Source: Candidatus Marinacidobacterales bacterium
GTDB lineage: Bacteria; Acidobacteriota; Vicinamibacteria; Marinacidobacterales; SMYC01
NCBI GenBank assembly: GCA_965224085.1
Contig: CBDCYI010000011.1
Span: 192,001-256,000, forward strand
DNA length: 64,000 nt
Direction of reading: 5' to 3'
The position numbers were made by a program, and so were the translations under genes. The notes under the pieces were generated by a model. That model saw only the letters and a program-made list of their open reading frames with translations, searched no databases and was not told where the DNA came from. Of the stretch, positions 20,999-31,331 are shown in pieces; the first letter of the stretch is position 1, and the number at the start of each line of letters is the position of its first letter.

Positions 20999-22417
20999 TC
21001 AGCGTCGTGCTGGCTGAGGATTGACGCGTTGAGCTGCGGCAATCGTTGTGCCTTGAGGCCGGACGAGCGCCTCCAGGAACTGCCGGCGCCATCGGTGGAT
21101 GTCGTTCCTTTTCAGGATCTTCATCATCGACTCCCAGCGTTGCTGGCGTTGTTCGAGCGGCATGTCTAACGCTTTCGCGAGACCGTCCGCAACATCGTCG
21201 ACATCGTATGGGTTGACGATCAACGCCGCTTGGAGCTCTCTGGCAGCGCCGGCCAACTCGGAGAGAACCAGAACGCCCGGATCTTCTGGGCGCTGAGCAG
21301 CAACGAACTCCTTTGCCACGAGATTCATTCCGTCTCTGAAAGGCGTGACGAGGCACACCCGAGCCATCGATAGAAATCCGAGAGTCGTCGTGCGAGCGAA
21401 CCCCTTGTGGAGATAGCGCAGGGGTATCCAGTCGTACTCGGCAAAGCGTCCGTTGATCTGGCCGGCCGCGGTATCGAGGGCGCGCCGCATTTGCTGATAC
21501 TCCGGTACGTCGCCGCGCGACGGCTGGGCGATCTGGAGATAGACGACGTTCCTGCGCATTGGGGCTCGCCGCTCCAGGAGGCGCTCATAGGCACGAAGGC
21601 GCGCCACCAGCCCTTTGCTGTAATCGAGGCGGTCGACGCCGAGGACCAGCTGGCGAGCGAGAAGGCTCGAAACCAGACGACGCCCCGACGCGGAGGAACG
21701 CCCTTTGGCTGCAACAGCTGCCACGTCGTCCACGTCGACGCTGATGGGGAACACACCCAAGAGCGTTGGGCGGTTTCCGATCACGAGACTGCGCTTGTCC
21801 ACCTCGATGCCGGGCAATCCGTAGGCAACGCTGTCGGCAAAACCGTGCAAGTCCACGTCGGTCTGGAAGCCGACGAGATCGTAGGCGCCGAACTCCAACA
21901 AAAGAGTTCGATAGTGGGGGAGGGCCCTAAACACATCGGAAGGTGGGAAAGGCGTGTGCAGGAAGAAGCCGATGTGCTGCTGGCAGCCGGCACGCCTCAG
22001 AGCCAGTCCCAAGGGGATCAAGTGATAATCATGGATCCAAATGGTATCGTCGGGACGGAGGAGCGGGAGGAGTACTTTGGCCAGGAACTGGTTGGTGCGC
22101 CGGTATCCGGTCTCGTAGCTTCGGCGGTAATCCATACGCTCGAGACGGGCGTGAAGGAGTGGCCACATGACGTGGTTGGAGTAGCCACGGTAGTAGTCGT
22201 CATAGTCCTTACGAGAAAGGGCGGTGGTTGCAGAATCGACGTTTCCGTGTCGAGCGCGCACAACCCGCTTGTCTTCGGAAATCTTGCCGCTCCAGCCGAA
22301 CCACAGCCCGCCGTGGGCTTCCAGTGCCGACAGAATTCCAGTTGCGAGCCCGCCCTGCGGCCGCCGCGTTCCGCTCGGCACGGGGACGCGATTGGAGACG
22401 ACGACTAGGCGGCTCAA
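20999..22417 (-). CDS. otsA: Trehalose-6-phosphate synthase
   Basis: SRLVVVSNRV, GGLA, WIHDYHL, GVDRLDYSKG, DGMNLVAKE; TTG start overlaps GH15 stop. Confidence 0.95.
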   Translation of the reverse strand: MSRLVVVSNRVPVPSGTRRPQGGLATGILSALEAHGGLWFGWSGKISEDKRVVRARHGNVDSATTALSRKDYDDYYRGYSNHVMWPLLHARLERMDYRRSYETGYRRTNQFLAKVLLPLLRPDDTIWIHDYHLIPLGLALRRAGCQQHIGFFLHTPFPPSDVFRALPHYRTLLLEFGAYDLVGFQTDVDLHGFADSVAYGLPGIEVDKRSLVIGNRPTLLGVFPISVDVDDVAAVAAKGRSSASGRRLVSSLLARQLVLGVDRLDYSKGLVARLRAYERLLERRAPMRRNVVYLQIAQPSRGDVPEYQQMRRALDTAAGQINGRFAEYDWIPLRYLHKGFARTTTLGFLSMARVCLVTPFRDGMNLVAKEFVAAQRPEDPGVLVLSELAGAARELQAALIVNPYDVDDVADGLAKALDMPLEQRQQRWESMMKILKRNDIHRWRRQFLEALVRPQGTTIAAAQRVNPQPARR

Positions 22418-24207
22418 AAGGCAGTCTCCCACGACTTGCTCAGCCTGCGCGCTGAGTTGATCAAGCCCACCATGCTGTAAGTTTGTGGAAAATTTCCCCA
22501 CAGCTCGCCCGTGCGCGGATCGAGATCTTCCGAGAGCAGGCCGTGCCGGTTTCGACACGAAAGGAGCTTCTCGAACAGCGCCCGCGCCTCTTCTTCACGC
22601 CCCAGCGCGTGCAGGGCATCTACGTACCAGAAGCTGCAAACGATGAACGCCGATTCGGGAAGGCCAAAATCATCAGGCGTCACGTAGCGGAAGAGAAAAC
22701 TACCCTCCAGCAGGTGTTTTTCGACTGCTGCGACCGTGCTGACGAAGCGCGGATCCGTTGCGGCAACAAAACCGAGCTCAGGCAGAAGAAGGAGCGTGGC
22801 GTCGAGATCCTCACCGCCGAAGCTCGACGCGAAACTACTGAGCTCGTCATTCCACGATTGCTTGCAGATTGTTGCGTGCATGTTGCGGGCGTTGCGGCAC
22901 CAGTGTTTCGCTCGTTCCGAGAGTCCCAGTCTGCGCGCGATCTTGCCGAGGCGGTCGCAGGCCGCCCAGCACATGACAGCCGAGTAGGTATGGACGCGGT
23001 TCGACGTACGAAGCTCCCATGGACCGGCGTCCGGTTGATCGAACACTCGCAAAGCGAGCCCTCCCAAACGCTCCAGCCGTTGGAAGAGCGCTTCGTCGCC
23101 AGGGCACTCGAGACGTTCATCGTAGAACATGTGCGTCGCCGCGAGCACCGCTGCACCGTAGACGTCATTTTGAACTTGCTGGTAGGCCTGGTTTCCGAAC
23201 CGTACCGGTCCCATGCCCCGGTAGCCGGGCAGGCCCTCGATCACCATCTCGTCGAGGCGCGCCCGTCCATTGATGCCGTAGACCGGCTGGAGCTTTTCGT
23301 CCTCGCTTGCCGCCGTCACGTTGACGATGAATCCAAGGTAGCGCTCCATGGTTTGTGTCGCTCCCAGCCGGTTCAAAGCACCGACCGTGAATTGAGCGTC
23401 CCGAAGCCAACAATATCGATAGTCCCAGTTACGGCTGCTCTCCGGGGCCTCGGGTATCGACGTGGTCATCGCTGCAACGATGGCGCCAGTGTCCTCGAAG
23501 GCATTCAGCTTCAGCGTGATGGCGGCCCGAACGACCTCGCTCTGCCACTCGAACGGAATCCCGAGATAGCGCACCCATTCGCTCCAGTAGGACAGCGTCT
23601 GCTCCAGGAATCGTCGCCCGGTCTCCGCCACCCCTTCCTGAAGCGTCTCGTCCGGCCCAAGAATGAAGGTCAACGGCTGCTCCACCACGAACGGAATTTC
23701 CTCGAGAACCGCTGTCGTGGAGGCGTCGGTCGTCAGTCGTAGCGTGTGCCCGGGCATCACGTAGCGAACGTGATTGCTGCCGTGGGTGATGGCGGGGCGG
23801 CGACCACTGCCGATGACGGTCGGCCTGAGCTTGATCCTGGCGCGAGGACTTCCCGAGGTGCGGCGGAGCATGCGGACGAGTGTGAGCGGCCGGAACAGAC
23901 GGTCGAACTGTTTGAAGCGCGGAGCGAAGTCTGTTACCTCCACGGCACCACCTGTGGAGTCGAAAAGGCGCGTGCGCACCACCGCGGAGTTCTTCAGGTA
24001 CTCCTGTTCCGCGCGCTCGAAGTCGACAAGCTCGAAGAGGAAGCTCCCATCGCGAGGGTCGTCATCGAAATCGGGGGACAGCAGCCCGTTGAAAACGGGG
24101 TCGCTGTCGAACCTCGGCAGACAGGACCATACGACGTTCGTTCGCGAATCGATCAATGCAGAGAAACTGCAGTTTCCGACGAGGGCCAGATCCAGATCAG
24201 CCTCCAT
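22414..24207 (-). CDS. Glycoside hydrolase family 15 (trehalase/glucoamylase-like)
   Basis: AAMTTSIPE, RNWDYRYCWLRD, GLLSED, WGNFPQTYS. Confidence 0.93.
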   Translation of the reverse strand: MEADLDLALVGNCSFSALIDSRTNVVWSCLPRFDSDPVFNGLLSPDFDDDPRDGSFLFELVDFERAEQEYLKNSAVVRTRLFDSTGGAVEVTDFAPRFKQFDRLFRPLTLVRMLRRTSGSPRARIKLRPTVIGSGRRPAITHGSNHVRYVMPGHTLRLTTDASTTAVLEEIPFVVEQPLTFILGPDETLQEGVAETGRRFLEQTLSYWSEWVRYLGIPFEWQSEVVRAAITLKLNAFEDTGAIVAAMTTSIPEAPESSRNWDYRYCWLRDAQFTVGALNRLGATQTMERYLGFIVNVTAASEDEKLQPVYGINGRARLDEMVIEGLPGYRGMGPVRFGNQAYQQVQNDVYGAAVLAATHMFYDERLECPGDEALFQRLERLGGLALRVFDQPDAGPWELRTSNRVHTYSAVMCWAACDRLGKIARRLGLSERAKHWCRNARNMHATICKQSWNDELSSFASSFGGEDLDATLLLLPELGFVAATDPRFVSTVAAVEKHLLEGSFLFRYVTPDDFGLPESAFIVCSFWYVDALHALGREEEARALFEKLLSCRNRHGLLSEDLDPRTGELWGNFPQTYSMVGLINSARRLSKSWETAF

Positions 24208-24928
24208 GCGCTTGCCCTCCGTCTGTCGCGTGCAGAAAGCGGACGTAGTCTTCGAGCCACTCCACGACTCCTCCTACGCCATCAAGACGAAAGCGTGCAG
24301 CGGTGGTCTCCGACCCCACTTTGATGGAGTGGCCGCCATGCTCGTTGACCCATCGGAAACCGTATTCGTCGGTCGCGTCATCGCCGACGAAAACGGGTGT
24401 GCGACCAGCGAACGAAGGCTCGTTCATGAAAGCCTCGATCGCGGAGCCCTTCGAATGCTGGCACGAGCGTATCTCGATCACCATTTTGCCGCGCTGCACG
24501 CAGAACGGTTCTGGTAGCTGGCCTTCAATCTCGAGCGCCAACTGCTCGACTTCGGTTGCTTTGCTCGGCGCTCGTCGGTAGTGGAGCGCGATTCCCGCTC
24601 CCTTTTCTTCGACGAAAGTCGCGGGGTGATCCGCGACGAAGTCCTCGAATCGCGCTTTCGCGCTCCCGAGAACATTCTTGTCCAGAGGGGCTCGGCTGGT
24701 GTGTCCGAGCGTGTCGCGACGCTCGTGCCCGTGCAGCCCGGCAGTCGGAAGGCGCAGCGGTTCGAAGATAGCATCGACGCTCTCGATGGTGCGACCGCTC
24801 ACCAGGGCGAGTGCGCCCTCGGCCAATCCGAGAAGATCCGTCAGCACACCAATAAGTGTGCGGGCTGCTTTCGACTGCTCCGGATGTTCCACAAAGTCGA
24901 CCAGCGTTCCGTCTACATCCAGAAACAA
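24197..24928 (-). CDS. otsB: Trehalose-6-phosphate phosphatase (true start probably slightly upstream, non-ATG)
   Basis: WALFLDVDGTL, VSGR, GLHG, FVGDDATDE HAD motifs. Confidence 0.92.
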   Translation of the reverse strand: MFLDVDGTLVDFVEHPEQSKAARTLIGVLTDLLGLAEGALALVSGRTIESVDAIFEPLRLPTAGLHGHERRDTLGHTSRAPLDKNVLGSAKARFEDFVADHPATFVEEKGAGIALHYRRAPSKATEVEQLALEIEGQLPEPFCVQRGKMVIEIRSCQHSKGSAIEAFMNEPSFAGRTPVFVGDDATDEYGFRWVNEHGGHSIKVGSETTAARFRLDGVGGVVEWLEDYVRFLHATDGGQAHGG

Positions 24929-25191
24929 CGCCCAGCCCTTCTGAAAAGAAGGAGCCGCCAGAGTTTGATTCGGTAAAGGTATTTCTTATGATACCAGCGG
25001 ATGCCAGGAAGGGCAATTCTGTTTGCCGCAAAGCGGCAGGCCGCTACACCACTCGGTCGAATATCCGGTCGAATTTCCACGAAACGGTTGAACGCTGGGG
25101 AGCGCGGTCACTTCACTTGATGAAACTTCGTGAAGCGAGGGCACTCGTCCCGCCATCGGAGGCGGAAGTCCCTACTTCGTCGTCGAGTGCG

Positions 25192-25220
25192 TTGCGCAAG
25201 TTTTTGAGCCGGCCTACAAT
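25192..25220 (+). promoter_or_regulatory. Putative sigma70 promoter
   Basis: TTGCGC-17 bp-TACAAT upstream of GTG at 25249. Confidence 0.55.
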
Positions 25221-25248
25221 CTTTAGCGCTGGGAACCGCGCGCACGCA

Positions 25249-27131
25249 GTGTCGACGTCCAAAGCCTCCAATCTCATCCGATTCGGCGAGTTCGAAGTCG
25301 ATCCGCGCGCCGGCGAGCTACGGAAGCACGGCCGTCCGATCAAGCTTCAGGAACAACCCATCCAGCTCTTGCTCTTGGAGCATCCTGGCAAAGTCGTCAC
25401 CAGGGAAGAAGCAAGGGAATCGCTCTGGAAAGACGATACTTTCGTCGATTACGACCACGGGCTGGGCGCGGCATTGAACCGCTTGCGCGCTGCGCTGGGA
25501 GACTCGGCGAGCACTCCTCGCTACATCGAAACGTTACCTCGTCGCGGCTTTCGCTTCATCGCGCCCGTGACGGCACGCTCCCCGAACGAACCGGAACCCA
25601 GAGCGGTGACGCTGCTGACGAAACCGGTCCTCCTTCGATATGGCGGCTGGGCGGTCGCCTTCGCGGTGTTGCTGGCATCGCTACATTTGCTGAACAAGCT
25701 CGTTTCGCTGCCAACGAGCCGTGGAGCGGACACGACGATGCTCCTCGTGCTTCCCTTTGAGAACTTGAGCGGCGACCCCGAGCAAGAGTATTTCAGCGAC
25801 GGCCTGACGGAGGAGATCATCACTCACGTAGGCCGACTTGGCTTTGAACGCATTGGTGTCATCGCCCGCACTTCGAGCATGGCGTACAAGAACAGGTCAC
25901 AGACGATCGCGCAGATAGGGCGGGATCTCGGCGTGAGCTACGTGCTCGAGGGCAGCGTGCGCCGTGACGGCGGGCGTGTCCGGATTACGGCCCAGCTCAT
26001 CTCCGTGAAGGATCAAACCCATGTTTGGGCGGAGAGCTATGATCGTGAGCTCCAGGGGATTCTTGCCTTGCAAAGCGATGTTTCCCAGCACGTTGCCGAG
26101 GCTGTCGCGGGCGAGTTTGGGCTTGCGAACGACCCGGTGATCCCTCGAGAGGTTGTGAACACGGACGCCTATGAGGCTTACCTCAAAGGCCGTTTCTACT
26201 GGAACAAGCGCGACGTCCAGGGCTTCCAGAGAGCCATCGAGTACTTCCAGGAATCTATCGAGCTCGACCCGCGCTTCGCTCCCCCATATGCTGGGTTGGC
26301 CGACTGCTACACGCTGCTGGCCTCGTTTGACATGCTATCCCCTGTTGAGGCGCAGGTGAAGTCGAAGGCGATGGCCAGAAGAGCGTTGGAAATCGACCCC
26401 AACCTTCCGGAAGCGTATACTTCGCTAGGCGTCGTCAAGCACGCCTACGATTGGGACTGGACCGGCGCATCCGAAGCCTATCTGCGCGCCATCGAGCTCA
26501 ATCCGAGCTTTGCGACCGCATACCATTGGTATGCACTTCATCTGGCGGGCCTTGGCCGGTTCGAACAAGCGCTCGATGAAATGAGACGAGCCCGAGCTCT
26601 GGACCCGCTGTCGCTCATCATCAACACCGAGCTGGGGAGGGTGCTCTATACCGCCCGCAGGTATGACGAGGCTATCGAGCAGTTGGAAGACACGCTGGAT
26701 TTGAATCCGGATTTCGTCCCGGCGCGCATCTGGTTGTCCTTGGTCTACCTGCAGAGAGAGAGAGGTTCGAAGAGGCGATCGATCTCTTCCGGACGGTAGC
26801 CACCAGCGAGAACGGTGGAACGATAGCTCTCGCCCTGCTCGGTGCCAGCTACGCTGCGGCGGGACAGACAAGCGACGCCGTGGAAATCCTCCAGACACTA
26901 AAACAGTTGTCGCATTCAAGCCACGTGTCGCCCGCAAGCATCGCGCTCGTCTACGCCAACCTAGACGACCCTGACGAGGCGTTTGCCTGGCTGGAGCTGG
27001 CTTTTGAGGAACGCGCCGCCTATCTAAGACTGCTCAAAGTGGACCCGCTATTCGACCCCCTTCGCCCGGATCCGCGTTTTCAGGACCTGCTGGAGCGCAT
27101 GAACTTCCCCGAGGTAGAGCGGAAGAAATGA
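25249..27131 (+). pseudogene. CadC-type wHTH / TolB-N / TPR protein; frameshift in (AG)6 at 26753-26764
   Basis: IRFGEFEVD...YIETLPRRGFRF, VLPFENLSGDPEQEYFSDGLTEE, TPRs, DPLFDPLRPDPRF tail. Confidence 0.88.
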
Positions 27132-28144
27132 GCTTGAGCCCAAACAAAGTCGAATGGTGTTGGCATCCCGTCGCCTACAGCGATTCGCTTTCATCCGATG
27201 AGCCGCTGGGGGTGACTCTTCTCGACGAGCCCATTGTTGTGTGGCGCGCCGGAGACAAAAGCCCGGTGGCCATGAAAGACGTTTGCATTCATCGAGGGAC
27301 GGCGCTTTCGCTCGGATCGCTCGAAGGCGAAGGCCTCGTCTGCGCTTACCACGGTTGGCGCTATGACCGGACGGGAGCTTGCGTGCATATCCCGCAAACG
27401 GAGAACCCGACCATTCCCAGAACGGCGCGCGTGCCGGCGTATCGGTGTCAGGAGCGCTACGGTCTCATCTGGGTTGCGCTTCGCGAGCCCGCCTATGCGC
27501 TTCCGCACGTTCCCGAGCTCGAAGACGGCAGCTGGAAAATCGTGCACACCGGTACCTTCAAGTGGAAGGCGGATGCCTCGCGGCAGGTCGAGAACTTTAC
27601 CGATTTCGGACACTTTCCCTGGGTGCATCCTGGTTTGCTGGGCGATATCGAGCGACCCGTCGTTGCCGATTACACGGTGGATACGAAGGGACACGTCCTG
27701 CACTACAACGTGACGCGGCCCGAGGCTCCCAACTCGGAGGAGTTCCCCGTGTTTGGAAACGAGAGCGTCGAGGCGCCGGAACGCGTTAGCCGCTACGAGC
27801 TCCACCTTCCTTGTACGATCGTGCTTCGGCTCGGTTGGGGCGAGGAGAAGGGGATGGTCTACTTCTTCGCATCACAACCCATTCGAGCCAACCAGTGCCG
27901 GGGCTATTGCATCATCGGCCGGAACTACGACTTCGAGCAGCCCGACCGGGTTCTCCAGGAGTTCGAAGATACGATCTTTGCGCAAGACCAGCGCATCGTG
28001 GAGTCGCAGCGTCCCGAGCAAGTGCCTTTCGATCTCGTGAGCGAGCTTCACTTGAAGTTCGACGCGCTGGCGATTGCCTACCGCCGGGCGATGGAAGCGG
28101 AAGGGCTCGCTTACGGTGGAGAGGGCTCGAAATCGAAAGGTTGA
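27128..28144 (+). CDS. Rieske non-heme iron oxygenase (VanA/NdmA-like demethylase)
   Basis: CIHRG...CAYHGW Rieske motif; ENFTDFGHFPWVH iron-binding motif. Confidence 0.9.
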   Translation: MSLSPNKVEWCWHPVAYSDSLSSDEPLGVTLLDEPIVVWRAGDKSPVAMKDVCIHRGTALSLGSLEGEGLVCAYHGWRYDRTGACVHIPQTENPTIPRTARVPAYRCQERYGLIWVALREPAYALPHVPELEDGSWKIVHTGTFKWKADASRQVENFTDFGHFPWVHPGLLGDIERPVVADYTVDTKGHVLHYNVTRPEAPNSEEFPVFGNESVEAPERVSRYELHLPCTIVLRLGWGEEKGMVYFFASQPIRANQCRGYCIIGRNYDFEQPDRVLQEFEDTIFAQDQRIVESQRPEQVPFDLVSELHLKFDALAIAYRRAMEAEGLAYGGEGSKSKG

Positions 28145-28184
28145 CGAGCGGCGCTACAGGCTGAGCTCGAGTGGCGGAGTCGCC

Positions 28185-28268
28185 TGACACACCTTCTTCC
28201 ATCCCGCCAGCGCCGATCGCGGAAACGATTTGATAAGGACCGAGCTTGGTACCAGCGGCGAGTGTCAC
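28185..28268 (-). pseudogene. Ser/Thr kinase N-terminal remnant
   Basis: MTLAAGTKLGPYQIVSAIGAGGM then homology stops. Confidence 0.75.
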
Positions 28269-28294
28269 GTTCCGTTGTCCTCCGCGCGCGTCGC

Positions 28295-28695
28295 ATTCAG
28301 ATTACGAGCTGATCCCCCGGCCGGGCGCGGCGCGTTTCGAAGAAGCCCTCGTCAACTTCCCTGGAATCTATGGCCTCGATGCCGCCATCGAAACGCTGCT
28401 CGAGCTCGGAGTGAAGGAGGTCGAGAGGCGCGTTCTGGAGCTCGCGGCTCTTGCGATGGAGTGTTGAGGACGAAGGGCTTCACGGTGCTGAGTCCGTCGG
28501 CTGCCGGTGAGCGCTCGGGATCGTTGCCTTTCGCCGCCTATCCCTCTCCGCAGACGCGATCGATAAAAGACTCTAGGAAGCGCGCGTCGACGTCGCGGTC
28601 CGCAGGACGCTCTACGAATCTCGCCGTCCTACTACAACGATAAAAACGACATAAAGAGATTTCTCGAAGCCCTGCCCTCGACGCGGTCTCGTTAA
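28295..28695 (+). pseudogene. Class V aminotransferase C-terminal remnant
   Basis: ARFEEALVNFPGIYGLDAAI, LSPSAAGERSG, several frameshifts. Confidence 0.7.
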
Positions 28696-28768
28696 CGCAG
28701 ATCGAAGCCAGAACGAACCGACGCCGGGTAGACCCCGGCGGACCTTGTGGCGATAATGCTCGGCAATC

Positions 28769-31222
28769 ATGCCTAGCTCACTCTACCGATGCTTTCTCGG
28801 GCTCGTCCTGCTTTCGGCTGGAGCAAGCGAAGCCCAATGGAACTACCGCTATCCGCAAGTCGCGGGCTACCGCCACCACGTCTATCTAGAGGGTTTCGAG
28901 CTCCCTATCATGGGCGCCGGGCCCACGGACCCCGCGCCCTCGCCGGATGGCAAAAGCCTTGCCTTCGCCGCCCGCGGCTGGTTATGGCTACTCGATCTCG
29001 AGGCCGGCGAGGCGCGACGGCTCACTTCGGGCCGGGCCATCGACGCGCGCCCGGCTTTCTCGGCAGATGGAAGCCATCTCGCGTTCATCCGCGACGACAC
29101 CGAGGATACGGACATCTGGTCGTACGACCTGACGACCGGAGAAGAGACCCCGCTCGTCGAGACTCCGGCCATTGAGCTCGACCCGGCTTATTCAGCGGAC
29201 GACAGCTTCCTCTATTACAGCTCGGCCAACAACGGCGACCTCGATATCTGGCGGCTCCAGTTCGCAACGGGCGAAGCCATGCCGGTGACGTCCGCGCGGG
29301 GGATCGAAGTGAGACCGCTTCCGCATCCGGACGGCGGCCGTCTCGTTTATGTAGCGAAGGCACCGCGCTCGCCCGATCGGATCCTCGAGCGAGACCTCGA
29401 GCAGGAGACGGAGCGCACTTTGATGTCGCAATCGATCACGTCGCAGACCCATCCGGGGCTCAGCCCGAACGGGAAGGCGCTCGTGGTGAATTGGCCGGGG
29501 CCCGATTTCTACGAGCTTTGGCTCGTCGACCCCGCGAACCTCGACCCCATCCGGTTGAATCATGGGCCGGGCCTTCCGCTTTCACCTGTTTTCAGTGCGG
29601 ATGGCCGATTCGTCTGGTACGTCGAGGCGAACGAAGCGCTTCAGTTCGAGCTCTTTCGCATCGCCGTGACGGGGGGAGAGGCGGAGCGCGTTCCCATCCG
29701 CTCTTGGGATTGGGGCGTGCGCACCGCACGCATCCAAGTCCGCACGCGCCTTGGGGAAGACGAAAAACCCATCCCCGCGCGTCTTCACATCCTCGACGAG
29801 ACGGGACATCCCGTGGTTTCTGATCGGGGCATGCCGCGCTTCGACTCCTCGAGCGGAAAGGTTTATGTTCTCTCGCCCGGGGTCGCGAGCTACGAGCTTC
29901 CGGCGGGTGAAGTGCGAGTGCTCGCCGCACATGGCTTTACGGCTCCGGCCGTTTCCGCGAGTGTGAGCTTGGCGCCTGGGGATCAAGAGACGATCGACCT
30001 GCGTTTCGAGCCTTTGTGGAATCCCCGCGAGAAGGGCTGGTACGCGGGGGATCATCATTATCATATGAACTACGGTGGGCCCTACCGTCTCCATCCCGAG
30101 GATCTACTTCTGGCACTCGAGGCCGAGGACATGGATGTCGGTACGCCGCTCATGGCTAATTTGCAGCACCGTTTCAACGACCTCGAGTTCTTCGATTGGA
30201 AGCGCGTCAGCGAGCGGCCCTTTCTCGCTTTCGGGCAGGAAGTGCGTTCGCACTTTCTCGGTCACTTGGGACTCGTGAATATCAGCGCGCCCTTCTGGCC
30301 TTGGTATTGGGGCCCGGGCTATCCGATCTATTCCCAAGACGATCGCCCCAATGACGAAGCGCTTCGCCACGCTCGCATCCAGGGTGGCATGACGAGCTAT
30401 ATGCATCCCGTCTCGATTCCGGATCCTTTTACGGATGAAACGACGCTCCGTTCGATCCCATTGAACCTCATCCCCGATGCGGTTCTAGGTGAGCTCGACG
30501 CTCTGGAGGTCGCTTGTCTCTGGACGAGCGAGCTCGGCACGGCCGACGTCTGGTACCGCTTTCTCAATATCGGCGTGCCCCTTGCCGCATCCGCCGGAAC
30601 GGACTCGTTTGCGGATTACTACCGCAGCATGGCCGTGGGATCGACCCGGCTCTACGTCAAGCTCGAAGGCCCCTTTCACATGGAGAGCTATCTCGACGCG
30701 CTCAAAGCCGGCCGGAGTTTTTTGAGCACCGGGCCGCTTCTGGAGTTCCATGTAGAGGGGCGCGAGGCGGGAGACATCCTTTCTCTCGACCAAGGCAGGC
30801 GCGTTTCCTGGGAGCTTCAGCTCTCTTCGCCCTCCGCGGTGGAGGATGTCGAGATCCTCGTCAATGGAGAAATCGTTTGGCGCGGCGCGGGGCTCGAAGC
30901 TTCGGGCCGGAAGAGCTTCGAAGGCATGCTGAGCCTACCGAATGGAGGCTGGATTGCGGCGCGTGCTCATGGCGGACCCAACGTCTGGCCCGCGATGAAC
31001 GGCTATCCTTTCGCGCATAGCTCGCCCATATGGATTTCTGAACGGGGAAGCACCGACCCGGATGCCGCGCGGGAAGCAGCGCGCGATCTCTTGCGAGCTC
31101 TGAACGTGGCCGACGAACGTCTCGCTGCAGGATATGGGACGGCCCCAATACCTGAGCTCGAGTCGCGTTTTGCTGCGGCGAGACGCCGGCTCGAAGCCAT
31201 CGCGCAGAGCGACGCGCCGTGA
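28769..31222 (+). CDS. Secreted PD40-repeat + CehA/McbA-type (PHP-like) metallohydrolase
   Basis: Signal peptide; PAPSPDGKSLAF-type repeats; WYAGDHHYH, GQEVRSHFLGH, AGTDS, FAHSSPIWI. Confidence 0.85.
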   Translation: MPSSLYRCFLGLVLLSAGASEAQWNYRYPQVAGYRHHVYLEGFELPIMGAGPTDPAPSPDGKSLAFAARGWLWLLDLEAGEARRLTSGRAIDARPAFSADGSHLAFIRDDTEDTDIWSYDLTTGEETPLVETPAIELDPAYSADDSFLYYSSANNGDLDIWRLQFATGEAMPVTSARGIEVRPLPHPDGGRLVYVAKAPRSPDRILERDLEQETERTLMSQSITSQTHPGLSPNGKALVVNWPGPDFYELWLVDPANLDPIRLNHGPGLPLSPVFSADGRFVWYVEANEALQFELFRIAVTGGEAERVPIRSWDWGVRTARIQVRTRLGEDEKPIPARLHILDETGHPVVSDRGMPRFDSSSGKVYVLSPGVASYELPAGEVRVLAAHGFTAPAVSASVSLAPGDQETIDLRFEPLWNPREKGWYAGDHHYHMNYGGPYRLHPEDLLLALEAEDMDVGTPLMANLQHRFNDLEFFDWKRVSERPFLAFGQEVRSHFLGHLGLVNISAPFWPWYWGPGYPIYSQDDRPNDEALRHARIQGGMTSYMHPVSIPDPFTDETTLRSIPLNLIPDAVLGELDALEVACLWTSELGTADVWYRFLNIGVPLAASAGTDSFADYYRSMAVGSTRLYVKLEGPFHMESYLDALKAGRSFLSTGPLLEFHVEGREAGDILSLDQGRRVSWELQLSSPSAVEDVEILVNGEIVWRGAGLEASGRKSFEGMLSLPNGGWIAARAHGGPNVWPAMNGYPFAHSSPIWISERGSTDPDAAREAARDLLRALNVADERLAAGYGTAPIPELESRFAAARRRLEAIAQSDAP

Positions 31223-31331
31223 AACGATTCTTTTAGCGAGTATATGACGCCCGTTAGCTCTCCGGTCGGATCGGGCGCATCGGGCCTACTCTCAGGCGGC
31301 CCGACTCCGTGTATTGTCCCGAAGGGAAGGC

